NCBI GenBank assembly: GCA_039630345.1
Contig: JBCNVD010000034.1
Coordinates: 3,231-67,230, forward strand
DNA: 64,000 bases
Direction of reading: 5' to 3'
Origin: Aquificaceae bacterium
Lineage (GTDB): Bacteria > Aquificota > Aquificia > Aquificales > Aquificaceae
Part shown: in pieces, positions 63,279 through 64,000 of the stretch
Numbering within the stretch: position 1 is the stretch's first letter
Layout: each line of letters opens with the position of its first letter
Made by a program: the position numbers and the translations under genes
The notes under the pieces: model-generated
Seen by the model: only the letters and a program-made list of their open reading frames with translations
What the model was told of the DNA's origin: nothing
Databases searched by the model: none

Positions 63279-63812
63279 ATGGCAACAGAGAGGTTTGCTA
63301 TAATAGCTACGAAGGGTACGCTTGATATGGCGTATCCGCCTCTGATACTTGCTTCTACAGCTGCTTCTTTGGGAATTGAAACAGCAATCTTCTTCACCTT
63401 CTATGGTCTTAACATCATCCACAAGAAAAGGATGCATGAATTGAAAGTCGCACCTGTTGGAAATCCGGCAATGCCAATGTCTTTCCCACCTTCCATGAAA
63501 AATGGTTTTACTGATGCTATAGCTTCCGCGATGCCCGGTCCTCCTCAGCTACTTGGCGTAATCCCGGGAATGACTGACCTGATGACATATATGATGAAAA
63601 AGTCTATAAAAGAGCATGGTGTTGCCTCAATACCAGAGCTTTTAGACGCTTGTAAAGAGGCTGAGGTAAAGCTAATAGCCTGCCAGATGACCATGGAACT
63701 ATTTGGTTATAGTCAGGATGACCTGATAGATGGGCTTGAGCCTCCTGCAGGGGCTGCTACCTTTATTAACTATGTGATGGAAGCAGATAAACCAATGATA
63801 GTTTTCGTCTAA
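63279..63812 (+). CDS. DsrE/DsrF-like family protein (DsrE2-type)
   Basis: 'FAIIATKGTLDMAYPPLILA', 'KLIACQMTM' (conserved Cys). 177 aa. Confidence 0.65.
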   Translation: MATERFAIIATKGTLDMAYPPLILASTAASLGIETAIFFTFYGLNIIHKKRMHELKVAPVGNPAMPMSFPPSMKNGFTDAIASAMPGPPQLLGVIPGMTDLMTYMMKKSIKEHGVASIPELLDACKEAEVKLIACQMTMELFGYSQDDLIDGLEPPAGAATFINYVMEADKPMIVFV

Positions 63813-63821
63813 GGAGGGGTT

Positions 63822-64000
63822 ATGTCATACGAAAAGGTGCTTTTTTACATTTTAACAGTCCCCTTTTTTGAGAGGGCAGAACCTGCCACTGGAGAGCTCA
63901 TAAATCCAAAAGCGGGAGCCCCTTTTTTCCTCGCTACCGCTGCAACCACTATGGACTATGAAGTTGAAATGGTTATTACCTCCGAAGCCGGTTTTTTGCT
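63822..64000 (+). CDS. Second DsrE-like protein, N-terminal fragment (runs off the window)
   Basis: ATG at 63822 with SD 'aaggagggg'. Hand translation: 'MSYEKVLFYILTVPFFERAEPATGELINPKAGAPFFLATAATTMDYEVEMVITSEAGF...'. Confidence 0.5.
   Translation, partial: MSYEKVLFYILTVPFFERAEPATGELINPKAGAPFFLATAATTMDYEVEMVITSEAGFL

Noticed and set aside
1-64000. CRISPR arrays, rRNA genes, IS elements or transposases, group II introns
   Set aside because: No regularly spaced direct repeats, no rRNA-like conserved stretches, no transposase, integrase or RT-like ORFs, and no domain-V-like motif were seen on either strand.

Overview
The window looks like a chromosomal segment from a thermophilic, CO2-fixing member of the Aquificae, probably Aquificaceae-like. 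This placement is an inference from gene content: a stand-alone LeuRS beta subunit, a five-gene D-A-B-G-E 2-oxoacid:ferredoxin oxidoreductase operon, rpmH coupled directly to yidD with no rnpA, an archaeal-type ATP-dependent DNA ligase, a branched-polyamine synthase and a TusA/DsrE sulfur module. About 90% of the window is tightly packed housekeeping genes. These include pheT, metG, leuS', thrC, lysC, hisF, ribD, icd, glmS, queC, queH, accA, obg, def, yidC, yidD, rpmH, atpB, atpE, rny, miaB, rpoZ and sod, plus four tRNAs (Met/CAU, Val/UAC, Leu/CAA, Arg/ACG). I saw no rRNA, CRISPR array, or intact transposase or integrase. Two regions are not ordinary. (1) 11953-16070 is a six-gene, translationally coupled operon on the opposite strand to its neighbours. 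It encodes a Ycf46-like AAA+ ATPase, a compact Ski2-like DExH helicase, two unknown proteins (one OB-like with a basic tail, overlapping the next gene by 167 nt out of frame), a DUF1257(Ycf35)-like protein and a DUF2997-like protein. This is my best candidate for an undescribed system. (2) 27262-30660 is a 3.4 kb ORF-poor stretch just upstream of tRNA-Leu. It holds a truncated gp25/GpW-like baseplate gene relic, short repeated motifs and a few small orphan ORFs, and it looks like a decayed phage or tailocin-type insertion. Other points worth a second look: a GC-rich 190-nt spacer upstream of the 5-formyl-THF cyclo-ligase gene (6S RNA or leader candidate); an orphan terminator-like hairpin 12 nt upstream of pheT; an IscS/NifS-like protein lacking the PLP-binding lysine; a QueH with a roughly 200-aa C-terminal extension; a PilT-like protein with a degenerate Walker A; and a forDABGE-orf90-COG0523-sbtA-sbtB super-operon. 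All family assignments come from motif recognition by eye and memory. No searches or folding computations were run.
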